Positions 1 to 11,800 of a DNA stretch of 64,000 bases are shown piece by piece. Source of the DNA: Cenarchaeum sp. (GTDB lineage: Archaea > Thermoproteota > Nitrososphaeria > Nitrososphaerales > Nitrosopumilaceae). Below the pieces are notes generated by a model, which searched no databases, had not been told where the DNA came from, and saw nothing but the letters and a program-made list of their open reading frames with translations. The DNA lies in NCBI GenBank assembly GCA_963693095.2, contig OY843768.1:1248001-1312000 (forward strand), read 5' to 3'. Both the position numbers and the translations under genes were made by a program. How positions within the stretch are numbered: the stretch's first letter is position 1; every line of letters begins with the position of its first letter.

Positions 1-775
1 CTCCTCGTACATTGACTCATCGACGTCATGGTGGAGCGAGGCGAGGTTGCGCAGCGGCGCATACGTCCCGTCAGGCGTGAGGCGGTACACGCGGTACTCG
101 TCATCGAGCATGTACGTCACGTGGCGCGCGTCATAGTCGATTATCCCGTCAGCGTCATCATCGACGTGGCCCGCGAGGAGCGGGTATAGCGTTAGCGTGC
201 CGCCGTTGACCTCGATGCCGTGGCTCGGGTTTAGCGACTCGCCGGTGACGTGAACTCCGTGGTTGAAAAAGTTCTGCCACGAGTTGCGCCTGTCATCCCA
301 GACCATCGTCGAGACGACGTCAAACTCTAGTGGCTCGCGGAACGTGTGCGATATCGTGACAATGAGGCACTCGGCAGACGATCCTGGCATGCACTCGCCC
401 ACAACTGACTCTGCGCGCAGCGTCGTGATGTCAATGGCCGATGCCGGATCGTCAAGCGAGACTGTCGGCTCGCCGCTAAATGGCAGGCTTACCCTAATCT
501 CTGCCTGTGACTCTGAAAAGTGCTGCCCGCGCGTGAGGCCAAAGCCCAGGCCGACGTGGCGCACGTTCTGCGGTCCAGTGTCCTCAAAGACCTTGATGAC
601 AGCCGTGTTCTCCTGTCCCGTCTCCACCGTGATTAGCGGGAGCGGCGTGTAATAGTACTCGGCGTCTATCGTGTCGGCATTGTACGAGAATCCGCCTGCG
701 ACCCTGCGCACGCCGGTGCTGTCTATGCCTAGCGTCGGCGGCGTGCAGTCATCGCACCCGTCGCCTCCGCCGCCC
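1..775 (-). other. Thaumarchaeal-type conserved C-terminal domain (partial)
   Basis: GGGDGCDDCTPPTLGIDSTGVRRVAGGFSYN...YYTPLPLITVETGQEN...VFEDTGPQNVRH...CLIVTISHTFREPLEFDVVSTMVWDDRRNSWQNFFNHGVHVTGESLNP. Recognised from memory as resembling the C-termini of large Nitrosopumilus/Cenarchaeum surface proteins; not searched. Confidence 0.7.
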
Positions 776-2832
776 ACGCGTATGCCTTGCGAGCTGCCGC
801 CAAACTGCGTAAAGTGGGTCGTCCAGATGATAATGTCCCCGCCGTCGCGCACGTGGCACTCGGCTGCGAGTGCCTCTGTTTCGGCGTTGGCCAGGGTCGG
901 CGGCGTCTCGGCGTCAACGTCGCCGTCGCACTCGGATATCGCAGTAACTCGCAGGCGGTCCTCGCCGGCCACGTAGAGCGTGTCTCCGTCCTGGACTGCC
1001 TCCATGTAGAAGATGTGGTCTGACTCGGCCACGCCATCAAGCCTGATCAGGACAGGCTTTGAGAAGAGGACCGACTCGGCATCAGACCTCTTGCCCAGCG
1101 TGACTAGGGTCTCCGGCTCACTCGAGGTGATTGCGCGCGCTGCGCGCTCGTTGGCCGTCTGTGCTGCCTCGTCGGTGGCATCAAGTGCGCCGTGGTACGT
1201 CACGTCAGCAGGGCGGCGCGCGAGCTCGGCGAGGAGCGTGCCCGGCGAGACGCCCTCGTCTGTCATGCCGAGCGCGTTGATCACGGTCCCGCCAAATATC
1301 GTGACTTCAGAGCGCCCGAGGCGAATCGTGATGTCAGCGTCAATCGTGCTGTCATCGTCTGTCGTCATGGGATCGCCATCGTCCAAGAGGTCGTCGACTA
1401 GGAGCGTGACAGGCGCCCTGAGCCTGCCGCGATCATCAGGTGCGCTGATCGTGATGGGGAGCGCGCCGCTTGCCGGCACGACTAGAATGTCTGACTCGAT
1501 CTCCCCGTCCTCGTTGATCGTGACCTCTTGTGGCGCAAACGCGTTGCCGGCAAGGTCGGTGATGCCGGCCTCTATCGTGAATATGTACGTGCCCGGCTCT
1601 AGCGCGGGGTCGTACGTCGCAGTCGCGTCGCTTGCCGGAATCGGATCTTCACCCATAATTTGTTCCGGCCTGATCTCCAGCGCGACTGACGGGTCTGTGG
1701 CGCCATCTGGCGTAGAGTCGGCACTCGCAGAGACATCGCCCGTGCCGGTGACGTCCTCGGAGAAGGCGAACTGGACGGTATTTGATGACGTTCTCAGTAC
1801 GGCCTCGATGCTCGGCATGTTGACGTCCACGCGAACCGGCGGATCGTTGGTCTGGTCCTCTTCTGTGAACGTCGCCTCGTTGAGGATGCTCACGGCGTCA
1901 TAGGCTATGATGGTGAACTCTAGAGGCCCGTCGCGCGTCCTCGAGTCGGGCACGGCGATGTCAGCTGATGTGGCCGTCATGTCGCCGTTGCTCAGTGTCA
2001 TCGCCTCATTCTCCGCGTTTAGCGCCGTGATCCTCGGCGCCGCTCCAGCCGAGGACGGCTCGGAGAGCTCTAGCGTGACGCGTATTGCGTCACCCTCGCC
2101 GGCAATGTGCTCATAGGCTCCGGTCTTTGGCACCCTTGGCGTGGCGTCATCGAGGACCACTACTGTGAGCGTGACGATCTCTGGCGGCGCGCCGTCGGCG
2201 ACTCCGCGGACCGCCGTGCCGTCTGCCAGGGCGTTGGCCGCCGGTGAGGCGTCAGTAATATCAGATGACTCGCCTGCCGGCACACGGTATCCCACCGTCT
2301 GCGGGACAGCAGCCGTGTCAGCGGATCCCCATCCGGTCGCCGGCTTATAGTCTGATGGGAGCGTGAGCGTGAGCGTGAGGCCGTTTAGCGTGGCTGAGGC
2401 AAACGTTGTGCTTGCCCCGTCGAGCTCGGCGCTCGTGGGCGGGTCGGCGACCGAGTCATAGTGGAACCAGCGCGAGGCGTCAGGCCCGTCGTCGGCTGCG
2501 GTGACATCCTCGTCAAATGTCACCGTGAGCGTTCTCGAGCTCGCAGTGGCCGGCGTGAATAGCGGGGCCAGGCCGTCAGCAGCTATCACTGCGCGATCGG
2601 ATATGGGACGCATGTTGACCGTCGAGATTATGGGCGTCGCGCCGTCTGCCGTCGGCGCCCTGTACGCCACGAGAGGCATCGCGCCCGAGTTCGGCGCGAC
2701 GTATGCGAGGTATATCGTGTTGGGCTCGGGCTCGGCCCCATCTGAGCATATGTCGACCATGTTGACAAGCGCCTGTACCACGGGGTCTGCGCCGACCGTG
2801 CAGACTGCCGAGAGCGAGGCTGCAGCCGCGCC
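1..2832 (-). CDS. C-terminal continuation of the giant protein in a shifted frame, 3'-partial
   Basis: Hand translation: this frame is open from 2895 to 1 and reads GAAAASLSAVCTVGADPVVQALVN...ADGLAPLFTPATASSRTLTVTFDEDV...IAGEGDAIRVTLELSEP...ITDLAGNAF...WTTHFTQFG...CDDCTPPTLG...YEE, with the same domain types and codon style. It is absent from the ORF track, presumably because it has no in-window stop. Confidence 0.92.
799..1410 (-). other. ZU5/GAIN-like module with HFT motif, copy 2 (just before the C-terminal domain)
   Basis: ...FSKPVLIRL...IFYM...ECDGDVDAETPPTL...ECHVRDGGDIIIWTTHFTQFG, motif at 799-825. Confidence 0.6.
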
Positions 2833-5800
2833 GCGGTCCCGTCGGGATCCACGCCGATGAACCACTCGCCGGCAGCCGTCCTGCCCGCCGTGCTGTCATC
2901 GAGGACGATCCTGATGTACTCGCCAGAGGCTGCCCTGAACGTCGATGCCGTGAACGCGAGTATGTCCTGGAACATGACATTCACAAATGACGCGTTTGCC
3001 TCTAGCGTGTTGCCGCCGCCATCCTGCACGCTTGCGCGCGCGATGCTGACTGTGTGCGCCACGCCCTCGACTGCCGGCGGATCGACGGTGAGGACGACTA
3101 TGCTGTCTGACATGCCTGCCGTGGCGCCGGTGACGGTGAGTCCGGAGACTGTCAGGCCGGCGCGGTTCCTGATGCTGACATCCTCGTTGAACGTGATGTG
3201 GACCTCTGTTGCCGTGTCAAAGACTGCCGAGACTGCCTCTGGCGGGATGGCATCAGCGGCAGTCACGTCAGTCGTCGTCTCTAGCGCGTTGGCCATGTCG
3301 CCCTCCAGGGGCACGTCGGTGAGGCCGTTGGAAGGCATCGTAAAGCTCACAGTCGGCGTGGCGCCCGGTCCCCAGACGGGGAATCGAGCAACATTTGGAT
3401 CAACATAGCCGACATAGAACGGGCCGGTGAACGCAGATGACGCCAGTATCGTGTCGTCGTTCCTCTCAGTACTCATCGGTTGAGGCTCGTCAGCCACCGC
3501 GTTTACGGCCCGCCCTGCGCCATCTGGCGTCACCAGGTCAGATGACGGCACGTCAAGTGTCCACTCTGTCGCCGCCGTCGTGCCCTGGATGGGCTCGCTG
3601 AACGTCACGATGACGTGCGAGGCGTTGAACGTGCGCGCGACATACGTCGGCGGCGTGACGTCAGGCGCATAGTCTGAGGCAGAGCCGCGCTCGATGCTGT
3701 TGCCGTTGGCGTCAGTCACGCGCGTGGGCAGCGTGAGCGCGTACATTACGCGCTCTGTGGCCATGTCCGTCCTCAGCGTGAACGACTCGGCGTTAGCCAC
3801 ATAGTTGACCCTGAGCGAGCCGAGGCGCGGGTTTAGGCTGTTCGTTGGGAGCGTCGTGCCCAGGGAGCCGGCGTTGACAGGCTCGCTCATCGTGACTGTG
3901 ATCATGGTGAGGCTCGTGAACTCTATGGACTCGAGGCTCGGGCGTATGCGGTCCATTGCCGTGACCGTGACGGTGTCAAGCGCGTTGCCGGCTACGTCAA
4001 GGAGCACCGGCGGCGTGCGGGCAGTGAACTCGACTGCCGGCGTCGCCTCGCCGCCTGCAAGCGCGTTGGCCTGCGCGAGGTGCAGCGTGAACTCGTCCCT
4101 CAAGGATGTCGTCTGGTCGCCGACCTGCGCGGCATTGTCAGCAGCGAGGCTTGCTGCCTGCGTGCCGTCTACTGTCCAGTCCGTGTTTGACGTCGTTCCT
4201 GACACGTCCTCGCTAAAGGAGACGGTGAGGCTCTCGAGGCTCACCGTCTGGGCCGTGATCGTCGGCACCGTGCGGTCTATTGCGGGCCGCGTCACCGAGA
4301 GGGCCGTCTCGCGTATCTCGCTCATCGCGCCGCTCACCGCGCCGGTGGCCGACATTACAAAGGTAAAGTCAATGTCCGTCGTGCCGACCTCGACGGTGTA
4401 GCTCGCGGTCCACTCGTCTGTCATGCCGACGCGCGTCATCGTGACTGTATCAGCTGGGGCCGTCTTGCCCACAAAGAGGATCGTCGGCGGCTCGCTGGCG
4501 GACTCATCAAGCGTGACAGATACCCCGATCACGTCTCCGGCGCGCGCATGGCCTGTGTACGGCGCGGCGCGCGGTGTCGTGCCGTCAGACTCGAATACCG
4601 TGTACGATATCGCCGTCGCCATCGGCCCGTCAGTGGCCTCGGCCTCGATGCTCGCAGATACCGCGGCGCGCGCGTTGCCGGCCACGTCAGTGACGGCTGC
4701 AGGTATGGCGATCCTCCACGTGCCTGGCGTCGGCATCACCGTGAACGTTGCTGTCGCCGTGCGATCGCCGTCGTCGTGCGTAAAGGCCTGCCCTGTTGTG
4801 CTGCCGTTTGGCCTCGTGAGCGTTAGCGTGTCAGGTACGCCGTTGACCGGCTCGCTGAACGTGATCGTGAGCGTGCGGTCCGAAAAGGCCGCGTTCGCCG
4901 TCGGCGCGACGCCGTCAGCTGCGGTGACCTGCGCGCCAGAGGGCACGACGTTGCGGCCGGCGTCTGCGAGTCCCGTGCCCGTGTACCTGAGGACCGGCGC
5001 AAATGACGTGTCGGTGATCGTCGTGTACGTGATCGTCACGGTATTGCCCGAGACGTCTGCCAAGGAGATTGCGGCCGTCACGTCAGGCTCCAGCGTCGCG
5101 TCGATGGCGGTCCAGTCGCCTGCCTCAGTGGTTGCCGAGGACGGGAGCGACTCTGAAAGCGTGACTGTGAGCTCGCCTGTCGAGACCGTGGCCGCCGAGC
5201 TCAGGCTGGGCACGCTCGAGTCGACGGTGACGTTCGTGCCCGTCAGGTCGGCCTGCGTGAGCGCCGCCGTGTTGCCGGCAGTGTCGCGTATCGTCAGGCT
5301 GAACGCGAGCGTGCCGCTGGCGTCCGAGTCGAGTATAGTGCGCACGTACGAGTACGCGTTGGACGTGCCTGTGGCCACCGAGTCGGCGGCAGTTGACGTC
5401 CCAAAGAGCGCAATGTCGCCGACTGCCGTGAGGAGCGGCTCGCTGGCCGCGACGTTGACGCGGACGTCGTCATCGATGCCGGCGATCGTGCCCGATGCGG
5501 CGTCGCTGCCCTCGCCCTCGAGCCTCACAGTCGCAGTTACGGTCGCCGTCGGCCGTGCCGTGTCGATCAGGGGCAGCGTTACTGTCGTGCCCGAGGCCAG
5601 GCCGTTCATGTCCGTTATCCTCGCGACGTTGCCGTTGTTGCCGGTGACGAGTATGGAGATGTCCAGCGGGTCTGTGGCCGTGGCGCTGCCATGCTCTGCG
5701 TCCACGACATAATCGTGGCGCCACGTCGAGGCGTCAGCGTCGCCTGCGTCAGTCATGGCCGCCGACGTCGTGCCCCTGCCGGCCAGCGTTATCTGCGGCA

Positions 5801-8800
5801 CCGCAGTCACGTCGTCGTCGAGGTCGAGGGTTATGCGTATCGTGTCGCCTATTCCGGCCAGGTTGGCGTACGTGCCGGACTTGTCGGCCAGCGGCGAGCC
5901 GACCCTCACGGTGAACGTGAGCGTGGAGGCCTCTGGCGGGCTGTACGTCGCGTCCTCGGCGCTCGTGGTGAACGCGATGCCGGCCCTGTCGCGCAGCTCG
6001 GTCGGCAGCGTGACGGTGTGGACGACGTCGGCAGTCGCGCCGTCTACGAGCGTGAGTGTGATCGTGCGGGCCGTGGCGTCATAGTTTACCGGGTCTGTGG
6101 CCGCGAGCGGGACATCGTCCGGATCGGTGCCCGAGTCGGCACCGTCAGGCACAGTCACGTCATACGTGTAGCCCTCTATGGCAAAGTCGGCGCCGGCGAG
6201 TGGCTCAGACAGCGTGATGATGATCGTGTCAGCCTCGGTGAACGCCGCCGAGGAGATCGCCGGCGCCACGCGGTCTATTGTCGGCGGCATCGTCGAGGCC
6301 TCCGTCACCGTGCCCTCCGCACCCGTGTCGCCCGTGACAGTCGCGATGAACGTGAACGCGTTGCCTGTCGCTGCCGTGTCACCCGCGTCTGCCAGAACGG
6401 TGTACTCGGTCGACCAGTCCCTGGCGGTGCTGCCCTGCGTCATCATGACGGAGCTTGTGGAGCCCGCAAGGCGAACCGTGGGTGGCGTGGTGACAGTCTC
6501 GGAGAGCTCGAATGAGAGCACGATCACGTCACCGACGACGGCGTGGTTGTCGTACGGCGCTGTCTTTGCGTTGCCCGTGCTCTGGTCCTGCACCTCATAG
6601 GTGACTGTCGCCGTCGGCGCGTTGGTGCGAATGGCATCCACGGTCACCGTGGCGCGCGCGTTGTCAGAGGCGTCAGTGACCCTATCCGGTATCGTGACCT
6701 GCCACGTGCCGACTGCTATAGGCGTGCTGAGCGCTATTGTCGCAGTATTCGTGCCGTCGGTGTGGTCGACATTGCGCAGGACGGCCGAGCCGGTTGGCGG
6801 CCTGACGCTCAGCGTCGGCATTACGTTGTCGACCGGCTCGCTGAACGTTATGACTATCGAGTTGGCCACAAAGGCCGCCTCAGCCGTCGGGTTTATGCCG
6901 TCAGCGGCGGTGACGGGGCCGCCGCCAAGCGCGTTGCGCGCCGCATCAGCCGGCGCCCCAGAGGACGGCGCCGTGTACGTGACCTCTGGGCTGAACGACG
7001 TGTCCTCGATTCCCGTGTACGTGAGCGTCACGGTACTGCCCGAGACGTCTGCTGTGGAGATGGCGGCCGTCACGGCTGGATCCGTGTCAATTGCCGACCA
7101 GTGTCCGGCATCAGACGTTCCAGTGACTGCCTCGGAGAGCGTGACTGTGAGCGTCGTAGTCGATGCCGTTATCGCAGACACGATGGTCGGCGCGTCGGCA
7201 TCAACGGTGACGTTCGTGCCGTCCACGTCGGCCTGCGTGAGCGTCGCCGTGTTGCCGGCCCTGTCGCGCATCGTCAGGCTGAACGCGAGCGGGCCGTTGG
7301 CATCCGAGTCGAGTATCGTGCGCACGTACGAGTACGCGTTGGACGCGCCGGTATCCACCGAGTCGGCATCAGTCGACGTCCCAAAGAGCGCAATGTCGCC
7401 GACGGCCGTGACGAGCGGCTCGCTGGCCGCGACGTTGACGCGGACGACGTCGTCGATGCCGGCCAGCGTGACAGTGGACGAGTCTGTCGATGCGCCCTCG
7501 AGCCTCACCGTCGTGGTGAGCGACGAGGCCGCCGGTACCGTCCTGTCTATGGCCGGCCGGTCGACCACCAGCGTGCCCACGTGTCCGGTCGTGGCAGTTA
7601 TCGTGCCGGGGTTGTCACCGTCGGTGACCCTTATCGTAAAGTCCAGCTCGGCCGTCTCTGTCGTCGTGGTCGACACGGTGAGGTCATAGCGCCACGTCGT
7701 CGCGTCGCTGTCTGCCCTGTCGTCCATCGATATGCCTGTCGCGCCGGCTATGTCTATGGTCGGCGTGCCAGAGGCGTCCTCGTTGAGCGTGATGTCCAGG
7801 CGGATCGTGTCGTCGATGCCGGCAAAGCCTGCGGCGGCGCCAGTCTTTGCCGGAAGCGTGGCGGCACCGTCATGGACCGTGACGGATATCACCGTGGCCA
7901 TTGGCGGAATCGTGTCCCTCTTTGGCACCGTGACGTCGCTGTCGTCAGTCGCCGCGTCCCCGTCTGGGTTGGATATGGGCACGTACGCGTTAGTCGCCGT
8001 GTCCATGACTGCCGCATCGATGACGACCTTGTACGCCTCGTACGTGTCGTCTGCGCTCAGGCGGATCAAGACCATCGAGGCAGCAGAGTCCGAGGAGCCG
8101 GGCATGTATCTGACTCCGTCATCGTCGTATGTCGCGTCAAGTGTCAGCTCGGCCGAGCGCGTCGCAGGCTCGGTGAACCCATAAACCTCAAAGTTGGCCG
8201 CGACGACGGTGGACATGACAAGACCCTCATTGAACGTGAGCGTTATCGTGCGCGTCGTGTCATCGTGCGACGTGTTGGTGACTGTCGGCGCGACGGCGTC
8301 GACTGTCACGTTCGTGGCCGTCAGGTCGGTCTGCGTGAGCGTCGCCGTGTTGCCCGCAGTGTCAGTCATGGTCAGGCTGAACGCGAGTGGGCCGCTGGCG
8401 TCCGAGTCGAGTATCGTGCGATCGTACGTGTACAGGTTGGACCCGCCGTCCGTGACTGCGTCGGCGTTCACGCCGGTGCGGCCAAAGAAGACAATGTCAG
8501 TGGCGGCCGTGACGAGCTCCTCGCCGGCCGTGAGGCGCACGAGGACATCATCACCGATGGCCGCCACAGTGTTGGCTGCCGCGTCGGCGGACTCCCCTGA
8601 GAGCATTACGGCGGCGGTGAGCGCCGTGGACGTCGGCAGCACCGTGTCGATCTCGGGCAGCGTGACTGTCGTGCCCGAGGCCAGGCCGTTCATGTCCGTT
8701 ATCCTCGCGACGTTGCCGTTTGTGCCGGTGGCGACGATGAGGATGTCCAGCGGGGCCGACGTCGTGGTGCTTGCGTGCGTTGCTTCCACGACGTGGTCGT

Positions 8801-11800
8801 GTCTCCACGTCGAGGCATCAGCGTCGCCTGCGTTGGTCATGGCCACCGATGTCGTGCTCCTGCCTGCCAGCGTTATCTGCGGAGGCGCCGTCACGTCCTC
8901 GTCGAGGTCTAGGTCTATGCGTATCGTGTTGCCGATGCCGGCCAGGTTGGCGTTTGCGTCAGTCTTTGCGGCCAGCGGCGAGCCGGTCATCACGGTGAAC
9001 TCGAGCGTGGAGGCCGCTGGCGGGTCGTACGTCGCGTCATCTGTCCTCGTGGTGAACGCGATGCCTGCCCCGTCGACCAGCGCGGTCGGCAGCTCTACTG
9101 TGTAGGCCACGTCGGCAGTCGCGTCATCCTCGAGCGTTAGCGTGATCGTGAGGGCCGTGGAGTCATAGTTTACCGGGTTTGTGCTTGCCAGATCTATGAC
9201 GTCCCGATTGGCGTCCGCATCGTCCGGCTTGTTCGTGTTGTCAGGGGCAGTCAGGCCGTACGTGTATCCCTCTATGGTCGAGTCGGCTCCGGTGAGGACC
9301 TCAGAGAGCGTGATGACGATCGTGTCAGCCTCGGTGAACTCTGCTGAGGTTATCCTCGGCGCCACGCGGTCTATTGTCGGCGGCGTCGCCAGGGCCTCTG
9401 TCACAGGGCGCGTCGAGCCCGAGTTGCCCTCGATAGTCGCGGTGAACGTGAACGGGCTGCCGGCCGCTGCCGTGTCACCCGTGTCTGCTAGAACGGTGTA
9501 CGTCGCGCGCCACACGTCAGTCGAGCCGACCTGAACCATCGTGACGGGGTTTGTCGTCGCGCCCGCAAAGAGGACAGTCGGCGCCGTGGTGACGGACTCT
9601 GATAGCGTGAGCGAGAGCCTGATCATGTCGTCGACGCGCGCGTGGTTTGCGTACGGCGCGGTGCGCTGCGTTGTGCCGTCAGACTCGAATACCGCATAGG
9701 CTGCCGTCGCAGTCGGCGCCGCGCTGCGCTCGGCAGTGAGACTCGCCGATGCTGCGGCGCGCGCGTTGCCGACCACGTCGGTGACTGCTGGCGGTATGGT
9801 GACCGTCCACGTGCCGGCCTCTATGTCCAAGTCGGTGATGGAGCTTATTGTCACAGTCGTCGCGCCGTCGGTGTGGTCGGCCGTGCGCGAGACTGCCTCC
9901 GTTGTTGGTGGCTTTACGCTCAGCGTTGCCGGCACGTTGTAGACGTTCTCGTCGAACGTTATGACTATCGAGTTGCCCGAGAACACGGCGTCTGCTGTCG
10001 GCTCGACGCGGTCGATTATCGGTGCCGTGGCCGGATCGGCGTTGACGGTGCGCGTCGAGCCCGTGTCGCCCGTGAGCGTCGCGTCAAACGTGAGCCTGCC
10101 GTCTATGCCCGATGCGACAGTCGTCGTCTCTACCTCGTATGACCTCTGCCACTCGTTGGTGTCGCCGACGCGCACCATGTTGCCGCCTGTTGCCGTCCTG
10201 CCCACAAAGGTGACCCTCGGGGCAGTCTCGACGTTCTCGTCGAGCGTGAGCGAGAGGATGATCGTGTCGCCTGCGCGCGCGTGGTTCTGGTACGGCGAGG
10301 GCCTCGCGTTGCCGGTGTCCCGGTCCTGCACCTCGTAGGCGACTGTTGCCATGGGGGCCGCCCTGCGCTCGGCCATGACGCTAGTCGTGGCGCTCGGGTT
10401 GGTCGCCACGTCGGTGACTGTTGTCGGTATGGTGACTGTCCACGTGCCGACTGTTATCGTCGGGGTGAGGTCTATTCTCACAGTCGCCTCGCCGGTGTTG
10501 TGGCGTGGGGTCTCGGTCGTGGTCATGGGCGTGGTCGTAGGCTCCGTGACGCCCATTGTCGTCACGCCGGTGACAGGCTCGCTGAACGTTATGACGATAG
10601 AGTTGCCCGAAAAGGCCGCCGTGGCAGTCGGCGCGACGCCGTCAGTGGCGGGTTGCTGGCTGCCGGACACCAGGGCGTTGCGGCCGGCATCGACTATGCC
10701 CGTGCCCGTGTACTCTACTCTCGGCGCAAATGACGTGTCTGCGATCTTCGCGTACGTGAGAGTCACCGTGCTGCCCGAGACTACCGCCGAGGAGATCATT
10801 GCAGTCGTCGAGCCATCCACTGCAGACCACATGCCGGCTCCCGTGACTGCCTCAGATAGCGTGACTGTGAGCGTCGTGGTGGATGTAGTCGCGGCAGACA
10901 CTATGGTCGGCGCCGTGGTGTCGACTGTCACGCGCGCCCCCGCGTTGCCGTGCGTCAATGCGGAGGCCGCCGCGTTGCCGGCCCTGTCGCGGAACGTGAC
11001 GGTGAACTCGATATCGCCGTCGGTGTCATCCGCCACTATCGTGCGCACGTACGCGTACGCGTTGGTGCCGGTGCTCTCGACAGAGTCGGCGTCCTCTGCG
11101 GCTGAGCCAAAGAGATCAATGTCGGCGACCCGCGCGTCGAGCGCCTCGCTTGCCGTGAGCGTCACGCGAAGCTCGTCGCCGATGCCGGCCGTGGTGACTG
11201 TCGCAGAGTCAGACGATGCGTCCTCGAGTCTCACGCTAGTCGTCACCGTCGCCGTCGGCGCTGTCCTGTCTATGGTCGGCCGACTCGGGCTCAGCGTGCC
11301 CACGTGTCCGGTCGTCGCCGTTATCATGCCGGAGGTTGTGCCGTCGGTGACCGTTATCGTAAAGGCCAGCGCGCCCTCGGTCGTCGTGCCTGACACGTCG
11401 AGGTCATAGCGCCATGTCTTTGCGTCGCTGTCTTCACCGTCATCCATATTCTCGCCAGTCTCGCCGGCCACGTCTATGGTCGGCGTGCCAGAGGCGTCCT
11501 CGTCGAGCGTGATGTCCAGGCGGATCGTGTCGTCGATGCCGGCAAAGGTCGCATACTGGCCGGTCTTTGCCGTGCTCGCGCCCGGCGTGCCGTCGTGGAC
11601 GATGATGGATATCTCTGTTGCCCGCGGGGCAGTCGTGTCGTCCTTTTCGACGTCGATGTCGCTGTCGTCAATCAGGGGGTTGTCATCAGGGTTGACTATG
11701 GGCACGTACGGGTTCGCTTTTGTGTCCGTGACCGAGTCCGTTATGATGACCTTGTAGTCGTCATGGTCGTCGTCGGCGGCGAGCCTGATCGAGACCGTCG

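Noticed and set aside
2628-2832. Basic C-terminal tail of the tracked ORF (ARLQPRSRQ...TARRP) as a real terminus
   Set aside because: It is out-of-frame translation. The alternative frame over the same bases gives normal repeat sequence.
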